From NCBI GenBank assembly GCA_964291395.2, contig OZ219858.1, positions 896,001 through 960,000 of the forward strand: a stretch of DNA of 64,000 bases, written 5' to 3'. The notes under the pieces are model-generated. The model ran no database searches and was not told where the DNA came from. It worked only from the letters and a program-made list of their open reading frames with translations. Shown here in pieces: positions 31,967 to 45,220 of this stretch. This DNA is from Alphaproteobacteria bacterium. Lineage in GTDB: Bacteria; Pseudomonadota; Alphaproteobacteria; UBA2966. A program made the position numbers and the translations under genes. The stretch's first letter is position 1. Each line of letters begins with the position of its first letter.

Positions 31967-32560
31967 ATGGCGCAGCTCTACGACCACGAAGGCATGAAGC
32001 AGATCATTCCGGGCTACGAGCCCGGCAGCGGCGATCCAGAAAAGGACCAGGCCCTGCAGGACATCGGCAAGATGTTCGGCGGCCGCATACCCAACTTCCA
32101 CAAGGTGCTCGCCAATTCGCTCGCCGTGGTCAATGCCTTCGAGGCCATGCGGCGTCACCTGCAGAAGACCAGGTTGCGTCCCATCGAGCGCGAGATCGTC
32201 TCGGTCGAGGTCTCGCGCCGGACGAAGTGCCGTTACTGCATGTCGGCGCATTCGAACTTCGCCAAACGGATGAGGATGAGCCGGGAGGACATTGCCGCCA
32301 TGCGGGAGGGACGTCCCATGTCCCATCCGCGTCATGCGCTCGTGCAGCGTGCCGCCATGCGCCTCTGGGATACGCAAGGTCGCCTGTCGGAAGAGGAGAT
32401 CAAGGAATTCGACGACGAGGGGCTGTCGGCGGCGGAGCTGCTGGAGATCATCTCCGTCATCGGCTGGTACGTGACCTCGACCCTGACCAACAACCTCGCG
32501 CGCACCGAGATCGATCCGGAGTTCCTCTTCGAACAGGACGATCACGACGTCGCGGCTTGA
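31967..32560 (+). CDS. AhpD/CMD-family peroxidase-like protein
   Basis: EREIV..EVS...CRYCMSAH (CxxCxxxH). Confidence 0.85.
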   Translation: MAQLYDHEGMKQIIPGYEPGSGDPEKDQALQDIGKMFGGRIPNFHKVLANSLAVVNAFEAMRRHLQKTRLRPIEREIVSVEVSRRTKCRYCMSAHSNFAKRMRMSREDIAAMREGRPMSHPRHALVQRAAMRLWDTQGRLSEEEIKEFDDEGLSAAELLEIISVIGWYVTSTLTNNLARTEIDPEFLFEQDDHDVAA

Positions 32561-32572
32561 CACGGGCCGGTC

Positions 32573-35449
32573 ATGGTGGCTGGGCATGACGTCGAGACGT
32601 CGCCTCGCGTTTCCGACGAGGTGAAGTTCACGACCTGCTACATGTGTGCCTGCCGCTGCGGCATCAAGGTTCACCTCAAGGACGGGCAGATCCGATACAT
32701 AGAGGGCAACCGCAACCATCCCGTCAATCGCGGCGTGCTTTGTGCCAAGGGCTCGGCCGGGATCATGCACCTCAACTCTCCCGCCCGGCTGACCAAGCCC
32801 CTGCGGCGCGTCGGAGAGCGCGGCTCGGGCGAGTTCGAGGAAATCGAATGGGAGGAGGCGCTCGATCTTGCGACCGCTTGGCTGGCACGGGCGCGCGCCA
32901 CCAATCCGCATCGCCTCGCCTTCTTTACGGGGCGCGACCAGAGCCAGGCGCTCACATCCTGGTGGGCGATGCAGTTCGGTACGCCCAACTACGCGGCCCA
33001 TGGCGGGTTTTGTTCCGTGAACATGGCCGCTGCGGGCCTCTACACCGTTGGCAGTGCCTTCTGGGAATTCGGCGAACCCGACTGGGAGCACACACGCTAT
33101 CTGATGATGTTCGGCGTTGCCGAGGACCACGACTCCAATCCAATCAAGATGGGTATCGGTCGCCTCAAGGCCCGTGGTGTCAAGTTCGTCTCGGTCAATC
33201 CGGTGCGCACGGGGTATTCCGCGGTTGCCGATGAATGGTTGGGTGTCACACCCGGCACGGATGGGCTTTTTGTGTTTGCGCTGATCCACGAACTGCTCCG
33301 TGCCGGCAAAGTCGACGTCGACTACCTGAGCCGCTACACGAATGCGTCCTGGCTGGTGATTGACGATCCCGGGGCCGAGGACGACGGACTGTTCGCGCGG
33401 GACGCCGCCGACCGGCCCGTGTGCTGGGACCGCAGGACGGAAAGCGCGCGCGACGCGCTCAGGGCCGGCAATGAGCCGGCCCTGAAGGGAACGTTCTCTC
33501 TGTCGGACGGCCGGCAGGCGCGTCCCGCATTTCACTTGCTGGCGGAGCGCTACCTCGATTCCCAGTACGCACCCGATGCCGTAGCACCACGGGTGGGTAT
33601 CGCGGCCGCGACTATCAGACGCATTGCCGCCGAGTTGGCTCATGCCGCCTTTGCCCAGGAAGTGGTCATCGAGCGGCCATGGACCGATTACACCGGGCGG
33701 CGGTACGAGCGTATGGTCGGTCGACCAGTCAGCATGCACGCCATGCGGGGGATTTCGGCCCACTCCAACGGTTTTCACACCTGCCGCGCTATCCATGTGC
33801 TTCAGGTCCTGCTCGGCAGCGTCGATACGCCGGGCGGCTGGCGTTACAAGGCGCCCTATCCGAAGTCGCTCGAGTCCCTGCCGCGTCCGTTTGGCCGGCC
33901 CGAGGACGTTTCTCCCAACAGCCCCCTGCCGGGGCCGCACCTGGGCTTTCCGCGTGGCCCTGAAGACCTGTTGATCGACGACGACGGCACGCCCCAGCGC
34001 ATCGACAAGGCTTTCTCATGGGAGGCGCCGCTCGCTGCCCACGGCATGATGCATTCGGTGATCTCGAACGCTTTCCGGGGAGACCCATATCCGATCGACA
34101 CGTTGTTCATGTACATGGCCAACATGGCTTGGAATTCGGCCATGAACACGGCCGAGACCATTCAGATGCTGACGGAGAAGGAGGGCGCGACAGACGAGTA
34201 CAAGATTCCGCGGATCATCTATTCCGATGCCTTCTATTCCGAGATGGTGGCCTATGCGGATCTGGTACTGCCCGACACGACGTATCTCGAACGTTGGGAC
34301 TGCATTTCGCTTCTGGATCGGCCGATCAGCAACGCTGAATCCGCCAACGACGCGATCCGCCAGCCCGTCGTGGCACCGGACCGCGATGTGCGTCCATTCC
34401 AGGACATCTTGCTCGATCTTGGTGCGCGTCTCGGCTTGCCGGGGATGGTCGATGATCAGGGCAATCCCCGCTATCCAGGTGGCTATCGCGATTACATGAT
34501 CAATCACGAGCGGCGGCCAGGGATCGGCATGCTGTCCGGCTGGCGCGGCGCCAACGGCGTGATGAGCGGCACCGGACCTCCCAACCCGGACCAGGTACAA
34601 CGTTACATCGACAACGAGTGCTTCTGGCAGGGAAAGATCCCTGGGGAGGCTCAGTATTTCAAGCACGTCAACGCGGCTTACCTCGCCTATGCGGAGGGGA
34701 TGGGATTCGTGGCCGATTGTTCGCCGGTCATCCTGCAGCTCTACAGCGAGGAACTTCAAAGATTTCGCCTCGCCGCACGCGGATGCGGAACTGAGCGGCC
34801 GCCCGAGAAGCATCGCGAGCGCATCGAGACCTACTTCGACCCACTTCCGTTCTGGTACCGGCCATTCGAGGAGGCGCTCGAAACCGCGGACCGCTTTCGG
34901 CTCCATGCGGTGACGCAGCGGCCGATGGCGATGTACCACTCGTGGGGCTCACAGAATGCCTGGCTCCGGCAAATTCACGCCGCCAACCGCCTCTACGTCC
35001 CGCGAACTCTGGCGCTGTCGCTCGGGATCGAGGACGAAGATTGGGTCTGGGTTGAGAGCCGCAACGGTAGGATCAAGGCGCGCGTAAGACTCATGGAAGG
35101 GGTCAACCCGCACACCATCTGGACATGGAATGCTATCGGCAAGCGTTCCGGTGCCTGGAACCTCGCCGACGATTCGCCCGAATCCCGAGAGGGGTTCCTC
35201 CTGAACCACTTGATCCACGAGTTGCTGCCTGCACGTGAAAGTGGGTACCGCTACAGCAATTCCGATCCGGTTACGGGACAGGCTGCATGGTACGACCTGC
35301 GTGTCCGTATCGAGAAGGCGGCCGCGGACGAGCAGGGGGAATCGGCGCCGCAATTCGGGTCGGTTCGAACGAGCGCCGGATTGAGCGGACGTCCGGCCCT
35401 GCTGCGCTATGGCGTGGAACCGAGGATCAAGGAGAGGGCCAGCCCATGA
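32573..35449 (+). CDS. soeA: Cytoplasmic sulfite dehydrogenase molybdopterin subunit
   Basis: TTCYMCACRCG, LAFFTGRDQSQ, AHGGFCSVNMAA, MYHSWGSQNAWLRQI, SNSDPVTGQAAW; no Tat signal. Confidence 0.9.
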   Translation: MVAGHDVETSPRVSDEVKFTTCYMCACRCGIKVHLKDGQIRYIEGNRNHPVNRGVLCAKGSAGIMHLNSPARLTKPLRRVGERGSGEFEEIEWEEALDLATAWLARARATNPHRLAFFTGRDQSQALTSWWAMQFGTPNYAAHGGFCSVNMAAAGLYTVGSAFWEFGEPDWEHTRYLMMFGVAEDHDSNPIKMGIGRLKARGVKFVSVNPVRTGYSAVADEWLGVTPGTDGLFVFALIHELLRAGKVDVDYLSRYTNASWLVIDDPGAEDDGLFARDAADRPVCWDRRTESARDALRAGNEPALKGTFSLSDGRQARPAFHLLAERYLDSQYAPDAVAPRVGIAAATIRRIAAELAHAAFAQEVVIERPWTDYTGRRYERMVGRPVSMHAMRGISAHSNGFHTCRAIHVLQVLLGSVDTPGGWRYKAPYPKSLESLPRPFGRPEDVSPNSPLPGPHLGFPRGPEDLLIDDDGTPQRIDKAFSWEAPLAAHGMMHSVISNAFRGDPYPIDTLFMYMANMAWNSAMNTAETIQMLTEKEGATDEYKIPRIIYSDAFYSEMVAYADLVLPDTTYLERWDCISLLDRPISNAESANDAIRQPVVAPDRDVRPFQDILLDLGARLGLPGMVDDQGNPRYPGGYRDYMINHERRPGIGMLSGWRGANGVMSGTGPPNPDQVQRYIDNECFWQGKIPGEAQYFKHVNAAYLAYAEGMGFVADCSPVILQLYSEELQRFRLAARGCGTERPPEKHRERIETYFDPLPFWYRPFEEALETADRFRLHAVTQRPMAMYHSWGSQNAWLRQIHAANRLYVPRTLALSLGIEDEDWVWVESRNGRIKARVRLMEGVNPHTIWTWNAIGKRSGAWNLADDSPESREGFLLNHLIHELLPARESGYRYSNSDPVTGQAAWYDLRVRIEKAAADEQGESAPQFGSVRTSAGLSGRPALLRYGVEPRIKERASP

Positions 35450-36180
35450 CGAGCCTGCCCGACATCCCGACGCTCAAGCGCCTCGGCCTCGTCATCGATC
35501 TTGACACCTGTGTCGGATGTCACGCCTGTGCCGTGAACTGCAAGGAATGGAACACCGGCGGCTACCATGCTCCGCTTACCGACGAGGCGCCCTACGGCAC
35601 CGACCCGTCGGGCGTTTGGCTCAACAGGATCCATACATTCGAGGCAGGTGAAGGCGAGGGCAGCCGTCTGGTGCATTTCCCCAAGTCATGCCTCCATTGC
35701 GAGGACGCGCCCTGTGTCACCGTGTGCCCCACGGGGGCCTCCTACAAGCGGACCGAGGACGGCATCGTGCTCGTGGACGAGGACTTGTGCATCGGCTGCA
35801 AGCTGTGTTCGTGGGCCTGTCCCTATGGCGCGCGCGAATACGACCGGGACGCGGGAGTGATGAAGAAGTGCACCCTCTGTATCGACCGCATCTACAACGA
35901 GAACCTGGACGAGGTTGACCGGGTGCCCGCCTGCGTCGCCACCTGCCCCGCCTCGGCGCGCCACTTCGGAGATCTTGGCGACCCACAGTCGAAGGTCTCC
36001 AAACTCGTCGCCGACCGTGGCGGGTACGATCTGATGCCCGAGATGGAGACCGGGCCGGTCAACAAGTACCTGCCGCCCAGGCCACGGGCCACGGAGGGCG
36101 GAGGCGCGCAATCGGTGCCCGAGCTCAAGACGGCGGCAGGCGGGTTCCTGGGCTGGCTTGACCGAATATTGTCGGGCTGA
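35446..36180 (+). CDS. soeB: Sulfite dehydrogenase Fe-S subunit
   Basis: Four Cys clusters (CVGCHAC, CLHC..PCVTVC, CIGCKLCSWAC, CTLC..PAC..C). Confidence 0.9.
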   Translation: MTSLPDIPTLKRLGLVIDLDTCVGCHACAVNCKEWNTGGYHAPLTDEAPYGTDPSGVWLNRIHTFEAGEGEGSRLVHFPKSCLHCEDAPCVTVCPTGASYKRTEDGIVLVDEDLCIGCKLCSWACPYGAREYDRDAGVMKKCTLCIDRIYNENLDEVDRVPACVATCPASARHFGDLGDPQSKVSKLVADRGGYDLMPEMETGPVNKYLPPRPRATEGGGAQSVPELKTAAGGFLGWLDRILSG

Positions 36181-36186
36181 CACGCC

Positions 36187-37134
36187 ATGCACCCGGCGTA
36201 TTCCGTCATCTTCTTCACCACGGCATCGGGAATGGGGTACGGCCTCCTGGCGTTGTTGGGCCTCTATGCGGCGAGTGGCCTGATCCCTGCGGAGCGTTGG
36301 TTCGGCGCTACCGCGCTGACGCTCGCACTTGGGCTGATCACCTGTGGATTGTTGTCGTCCACGTTCCATCTTGGGCATCCGGAACGGGCTTGGCGTGCCG
36401 TGACGCAATGGCGATCGTCTTGGTTGTCGAGAGAGGGGATAGCGGCCCTCGTTACCTACATCCCGACAGTTCTATTCGCCGCTGGCTGGCTCGTTGTCCA
36501 GAAGACAACTGGTTGGTGGGGCGTGCTCGGTGTTCTCTCCGCCGCGGGAGCGGCGGTCACCGTCTACTGCACGGGAATGATCTACGCCTCGTTGCGCGCC
36601 ATTCCCCGGTGGCACAACCGGTGGGTTGTACCCAATTATCTGGTCCTTGCGCTGCTGACGGGCGGTGTCTGTTTTGATGTACTCACGCGCGTATTCGGTG
36701 TGCAACGGCCCGAGTCCGCACTACTGGTTTCGCTTGTGGTCGCCGGCGGCTGGCTGCTCAAGGGGATCTACTGGCGCCGGATCGACACTGCGCCCACCGT
36801 GAGCACGTCAGCCAGCGCTACCGGGTTGGGTATCTTCGGCGAGGTTCGTCTCCTTGATCCGCCTCACACCCAAGTCAACTATCTGCAACAGGAGATGGGG
36901 TTTCGGATTGCCCGCAAGCACGCTCGCAAGCTGCGGCGTATCGCTATCACCCTGACCTTTGCCGTACCGCTCGTCCTGTCACTCCTGTTGCTTGCACTGC
37001 CGCCCGTGCCTGCGATCATCGCTGCCGCCCTGTCCTGTTTGAGTTGCACGTTCGGCGTGATCATCGAACGCTGGCTGTTCTTCGCCGAGGCCGAACATGT
37101 CGTCACGCTCTACTACGGTGCACGGGATGTGTAG
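36187..37134 (+). CDS. soeC: Sulfite dehydrogenase membrane anchor (DmsC/YnfH family)
   Basis: MHPAYSVIFFTTASG, HLGHPERAW, SSWLSREG, ERWLFFAEA. Confidence 0.9.
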   Translation: MHPAYSVIFFTTASGMGYGLLALLGLYAASGLIPAERWFGATALTLALGLITCGLLSSTFHLGHPERAWRAVTQWRSSWLSREGIAALVTYIPTVLFAAGWLVVQKTTGWWGVLGVLSAAGAAVTVYCTGMIYASLRAIPRWHNRWVVPNYLVLALLTGGVCFDVLTRVFGVQRPESALLVSLVVAGGWLLKGIYWRRIDTAPTVSTSASATGLGIFGEVRLLDPPHTQVNYLQQEMGFRIARKHARKLRRIAITLTFAVPLVLSLLLLALPPVPAIIAAALSCLSCTFGVIIERWLFFAEAEHVVTLYYGARDV

Positions 37135-37186
37135 TGTTCATTTGGCCCGCCGGTTGTGCCCTTGCCGCCCTTGATGACTCTCAGGC

Positions 37187-37300
37187 CGCTCGATCTTGCG
37201 ACCGTGTGGCTGGCACGGACGCGCGCCACCAATCCGCATCGCCTCGCCTTCTTTACGGGGCGCGACCAGAGCCAGGCGTTCACATCCTGGTGGGGGATGC
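37187..37300 (+). repeat. 114-bp duplicate of an internal soeA segment (32859-32972)
   Basis: About 5 mismatches by eye; encodes LDLATVWLARTRATNPHRLAFFTGRDQSQAFTSWW. Confidence 0.9.
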
Positions 37301-37346
37301 CTGTGGACCCATGGGACAGACGGAGTTATTCGGTCGGGCGCTGACG

Positions 37347-38333
37347 CTACATGAACAGCCGTTCGCCTTCCATGCCGTCATACAGTTGGGCAACGAACTC
37401 GCCGTAACCGTTATAAATCACCGTCGGAATTCTGCCGTTCGTTCCGAGCACGCGTTCCGTCGCTTGGCTCCATCGGGGATGGGGAACTTCCGGATTGACG
37501 TTCGCCCAGAAGCCGTACTCCCGGCCCTGAACCTCTTCCCAGAACGTTCTCGGCCGCTTGTCGGTGAACGTGAACCGGTCGATCGACTTGACCGACTTGA
37601 AGCCGTACTTCCACGGGGCCGCAAGCCGGAGCGGTGCGCCGTGCTGCTTTGCCAGCGGTTTGCCATAAGCGCCCGTTACCATGAACGCAAGATCGTTTGT
37701 CGCCTCGGCAATGGTCAGTCCTTCGAGATAGGGCCAGGGATACCAGAACTGCCGCTGGCCCGGTGCCATTTCCGGTTTGTTGAAGGTCGCCATTTCGATG
37801 TACTTCGCGCTGCTCAGCGGCTTGGCGAGTTCCACCAACGCCCTGAGTGGAAATCCAGTCCATGGCGCGATCATCGACCAGGCCTCAACGCAGCGATGAC
37901 GATAAACCCGCTCCTCCAGCGATACCTGCGCCAGCAAGTCGTCGATCCCGATCGTGAACTCGTTCTCGACCATGCCCTCGATGCGGATTTCCCACGGCCT
38001 GACCTTCAGCTTTTGCGCTGAGCGCCAGATCTCCTTGTGGGAACCGTATTCATAGAAGTTATTGTACTTGCCGTTGGTTTCCTCGTCCGTGATATCGCGT
38101 TCGACACGATATCTCAGGTTCCGTGCGGCTGGATAGAGCGGGAATGACGGATCATCCCGCTGCGCGTCGGCCCATGGCACCTCGGCCAACGCCGGACGTG
38201 CGAAAGAGCCCATACCTGCCAGGATGCTGCCCGCCGCGAGTCCTTTCATGAGCTGGCGCCGGTTGAGAAATGCACTTTCGGGCGTCGCCGCCGATTCCGG
38301 GAGTTCCCAGCCTTTGCGAACCTTGATCAACAT
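37347..38333 (-). CDS. msrP: Periplasmic protein-methionine-sulfoxide reductase catalytic subunit
   Basis: Tat motif [47 protein letters not shown]; start at ATG 38333 after AGGAGG. Confidence 0.95.
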   Translation of the reverse strand: MLIKVRKGWELPESAATPESAFLNRRQLMKGLAAGSILAGMGSFARPALAEVPWADAQRDDPSFPLYPAARNLRYRVERDITDEETNGKYNNFYEYGSHKEIWRSAQKLKVRPWEIRIEGMVENEFTIGIDDLLAQVSLEERVYRHRCVEAWSMIAPWTGFPLRALVELAKPLSSAKYIEMATFNKPEMAPGQRQFWYPWPYLEGLTIAEATNDLAFMVTGAYGKPLAKQHGAPLRLAAPWKYGFKSVKSIDRFTFTDKRPRTFWEEVQGREYGFWANVNPEVPHPRWSQATERVLGTNGRIPTVIYNGYGEFVAQLYDGMEGERLFM

Positions 38334-38439
38334 TTTTGCCTCCTGAGCCGCTTGCGCGGATGACGTTTCCGACATAAGGGCCGCCGGTCTCGGCGACAAG
38401 TCAAACTTACGTGATACCCGCCGGCGGCTTGCCGGTGCC

Positions 38440-39225
38440 TTACGCATCTTCGAAGGCGACCGTCACCTGCCCGAATTCCCCAAAATCGGCAACCGCCACG
38501 TCGCCGGCATCGGCATAGGCCAACCCGGTGGAGAGTCCCGTCGCGATGATTTCGCCCGCGCGCAGACCCATTCCCGTGCTGGGTAGGTCGTTGGCGAGCC
38601 AGTGCAGTGCGTTCACCGGGTGTTCGAGAACGTTGCCCCCGCTTCCGCGCGTGACGACCCTTCCGTTGATCGCCAAGGTCACCTCGTGCGATGCCAGATC
38701 TTTCTGGCGCCAATCGATGACCGGTTCACCCAGGATCAAGCCGCCGGACAGCATGTTGTCGGCTATGAGGCTCAAGACGCCAACGCATGTCCAGTCCTGG
38801 TACGCGGTATCTACGATCTCGATGAGCGGAATCATCGCGTCGACGGCGTCGGTCACGGCATCGACGTCGAACGGCGCCCCGGACGGGGGCAGGTCCTTGC
38901 CGAGACGGAACCCGAACTCGGGCTCGATGAGGCGCATGAAATACTTGTCGCTTTGCAGCGCGGCCGGACTCTGATCGAGCTTGCCGGCCATCACCCGCCC
39001 GCGGCAGGGTTCATCGAACTTCAGTGTCTGCTGAGCAACTTCACTCGTGCAACTCAGCTTCCAACCGACGGATTGGCCGCCCCAGATTTCGACCAGGCGA
39101 TCCTGGATCGCATACGCCTCACGAAGCGTCTCGGGAATCAGATCCGGCGGCAGCGCCTCCAATTGCTTACGTTGGTGATACGCCGTGGCCAACAGGCTTG
39201 CGGCGCACGCCGTTGGCGCATCCAT
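38440..39225 (-). CDS. FAH superfamily / 2-keto-4-pentenoate hydratase-like protein
   Basis: AYAIQ, GWK, IEPEFGFRL, IEIVD, IADN, HPVNALHWLAN. Confidence 0.85.
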   Translation of the reverse strand: MDAPTACAASLLATAYHQRKQLEALPPDLIPETLREAYAIQDRLVEIWGGQSVGWKLSCTSEVAQQTLKFDEPCRGRVMAGKLDQSPAALQSDKYFMRLIEPEFGFRLGKDLPPSGAPFDVDAVTDAVDAMIPLIEIVDTAYQDWTCVGVLSLIADNMLSGGLILGEPVIDWRQKDLASHEVTLAINGRVVTRGSGGNVLEHPVNALHWLANDLPSTGMGLRAGEIIATGLSTGLAYADAGDVAVADFGEFGQVTVAFEDA

Positions 39226-39254
39226 GGAATTTACCGTTCTCCGGGCTCGCGGCG

Positions 39255-41279
39255 TCACTCCGCTGCGTAGGCTTCCACGACCTCGTCCGCGAGACGCCCC
39301 TGCAACTCCTGCAAGTGATCGAACTTCCAGGTGAACGTGCCGACACCGGACGTCAACGAGCGTATCTCGATGATCAGGTCGTGCATTTCGGATTGCGGCA
39401 ACTGGGCCGACAGGATGTCCCAGCCCTGCCAACCCGGACGGGTATCGAATCCCAGGATCTGTCCGCGCCGGCTGCTCACCACGCTGTTGACCCGCGCCGT
39501 CAGCTCGGAAGGCACCGAGATATCGACATGCAGGATCGGCTCCAACAGCACCGGGTTGCACTTGGGCAATCCCTCCGACATGGCCATGCGGCCTGCCGTC
39601 TTGAACGCCAGTTCGGAGCTGTCGACCGCGTGATGCTGTCCGTCCGTCAAGGTCACTGACACGTCAACCACGGGAAACCCGAGCGGTCCCTTGCTCAGGA
39701 AATCCAGGACTCCGGCCTCGACCGCGGGAATGAATTGACGTGGTACGGCACCGCCTACGACCTTTTCGTCGAACTGGAAACCGGAACCGCGCGGCAACGG
39801 TTTGATGTCGATGTGCACGTCGCCGAATTGGCCGTGACCGCCGGTCTGCTTCTTGTACCGCGAGTGCTGCGAAACTCCCTTGCGAATCGCCTCCTTGTAC
39901 GGAACCTTCGGGCGTTCCACATTGATCGACAGACCCGAACGGTTCTTCAGCCGGTCCGCGGCCACGCGCAGGTGCATTTCACCCTGTCCCCACAGTAGCC
40001 ACTGATTCGTGTCGTCCTCGTGTTCGAACCGCAGCGACGGATCTTCGTCCATCAACTTGGTCACGGCGCCCGAGACCTTGACTTCGTCATTGCGGTCGGC
40101 GGCTGTCATGGCCAACGCGTAAACGGGCTGTGGTACGGGTGCCCGCGGGAGTTGCTCCACGTCCTTCGAGGTAGACAGCGTCGTGCCCGTAACGGCCTGT
40201 TCGAGTCGGCCCAACCCGACGACGTCGCCCGCAACGGCCTCGGCTAGCTTGTCTGTCTGCTGACCCAGGAGTCGGAACAGGCCCGAAACGCGCTGGTCAC
40301 CGAGTGTCATTCCGTCCGTGACCGAGCCCCGCCACACCCGGGCGACGGACAACTTGCCGCCATGCTGGGTGTTGAAGGACTTGAGAATCTGCACCAGGGG
40401 CTCGCTGCCACCGAGATCGATCCCCGCTCGTTCAGCGGCGGCGTTCGAGGCCGGTACCTCATGCCGTAACGCCTTCAACAGCCGATTGACGCCGGACGAC
40501 TGCTCGGCCGTTCCCAGCAGAATGGGCACGACGTGTCCATCCCGGGTGATATTGGAAAGGTGACCATAGGCGGCGTCCCGCTCGGGATCGACATCCTCAA
40601 GAAGCTGCTCCATCAGCGTATCGTCGTAGTCGGCCAGCTTCTCCAGCATCTCGTAACGGGCCTGTGCAACATCGTTGTCCATGTCACCGGGAATGTCCGC
40701 CGGTTCCGACGCCGCGCCGGGCCTATAGGTAAAGGCCCGAAGACTGGGAAGATCGACATAGCCGGTCACCGCCTCGCCGTCGACAATGGGTAACTGCCGC
40801 AACACGAGGGGCTTTTCCGAAGCCTCCTGCAGAGCGGCCACCAAGTCGCCGATCGGGCCCGAGGCCCGATCCATCTTGTTGACGAAAATGAAATGAGGCA
40901 GGCCCATGTCGCTGAGCCGACGCAGCACGGGCATCATCATGATCGCCTTGTCCGCCTCCGGCTCGCATACGACAACGGCCGCGTCGGCACCTATGAGCGC
41001 GTTGGCACCGTCCTGCCAGAATTCGATGGAGCCCGGACAATCGAGAAACGTGAAGATATCGTCCAGGTAAGTGGTCGTCGCGACGTTGAGTTCCGTGCTC
41101 ATCTGCCGGTCGCGTGCCTCGGGGCTCGCGTCACCGACGGTGTTGCCTTCCTTCGCGCTCCCCTTTCGGTGGACCGCTCCCGTGGCGAACAGGATCGCCT
41201 CGAGAAGTGCTGTTTTTCCAGAGGTATATGGACCGACAAGCGCTACGGATCGCGGCCCGGCATCAGTACTCCCGCTCAT
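39255..41279 (-). CDS. Elongation factor G-like protein (EF-G2)
   Basis: GPYTSGKT, DCPG, NKMD, GQGEMHL, KKQTGGHGQFG, VDSSELAF. Confidence 0.92.
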   Translation of the reverse strand: MSGSTDAGPRSVALVGPYTSGKTALLEAILFATGAVHRKGSAKEGNTVGDASPEARDRQMSTELNVATTTYLDDIFTFLDCPGSIEFWQDGANALIGADAAVVVCEPEADKAIMMMPVLRRLSDMGLPHFIFVNKMDRASGPIGDLVAALQEASEKPLVLRQLPIVDGEAVTGYVDLPSLRAFTYRPGAASEPADIPGDMDNDVAQARYEMLEKLADYDDTLMEQLLEDVDPERDAAYGHLSNITRDGHVVPILLGTAEQSSGVNRLLKALRHEVPASNAAAERAGIDLGGSEPLVQILKSFNTQHGGKLSVARVWRGSVTDGMTLGDQRVSGLFRLLGQQTDKLAEAVAGDVVGLGRLEQAVTGTTLSTSKDVEQLPRAPVPQPVYALAMTAADRNDEVKVSGAVTKLMDEDPSLRFEHEDDTNQWLLWGQGEMHLRVAADRLKNRSGLSINVERPKVPYKEAIRKGVSQHSRYKKQTGGHGQFGDVHIDIKPLPRGSGFQFDEKVVGGAVPRQFIPAVEAGVLDFLSKGPLGFPVVDVSVTLTDGQHHAVDSSELAFKTAGRMAMSEGLPKCNPVLLEPILHVDISVPSELTARVNSVVSSRRGQILGFDTRPGWQGWDILSAQLPQSEMHDLIIEIRSLTSGVGTFTWKFDHLQELQGRLADEVVEAYAAE

Positions 41280-41469
41280 AGATTGTGCCTCGATGCTGCT
41301 GCTCCGACGCTGCTCGAAATCCCGTCACGGATTCAAAGGCCAGAGCGGCATGATGTCCTTCCCTGGCCCACTATGTTTTCAAGCGGACGCCCGGCATGCA
41401 AGGAGAAAACTGCCCTAGCGTCACCGGCAGATGATGTGTCCGGGTTAGGTAGCACACGAGAGGATTGAC

Positions 41470-45028
<3,559 letters not shown>

Positions 45029-45220
45029 TCGCTGCCCCCTCATCCATCTGCCTGCGCCGGAAGCATCGCCGGGGCGAAGGTGTGCCGGGTGCCGTACGTT
45101 CCGCCGTCCCGATACGCGATCCCCGCCTCTGCGATCGCCTTGAAGCCGATCTCCCTTGGACAGACCGCGCGATAGCTGCTCTATTCGCCGGACTGCCGTC
45201 GATCGGGCTTGCGAAATTCC

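Larger units (their letters stand above)
28610..37342. mobile_element. Sulfur-oxidation cassette bounded by msrP 3'-end direct repeats; no integrase inside
   Basis: Flanking repeats 28289-28609 and 37343-37755; the left part looks more G+C-rich than the backbone (not computed). Confidence 0.6.

Noticed and set aside
31262-33940. 892-aa antisense ORF, plus other long shadows such as 11889-13109, 17615-19111, 29568-30953, 51170-52753 and 54222-56003
   Set aside because: They overlap well-supported genes on the opposite strand, carry no motifs, and are expected in high-GC DNA.
37156-37344. 62-aa ORF after soeC as a real gene
   Set aside because: It is just the duplicated soeA fragment with random flanks.
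39255-41279. Divergent EF-G as a novel or resistance factor
   Set aside because: It matches the common stand-alone EF-G2 paralogue of Alphaproteobacteria.
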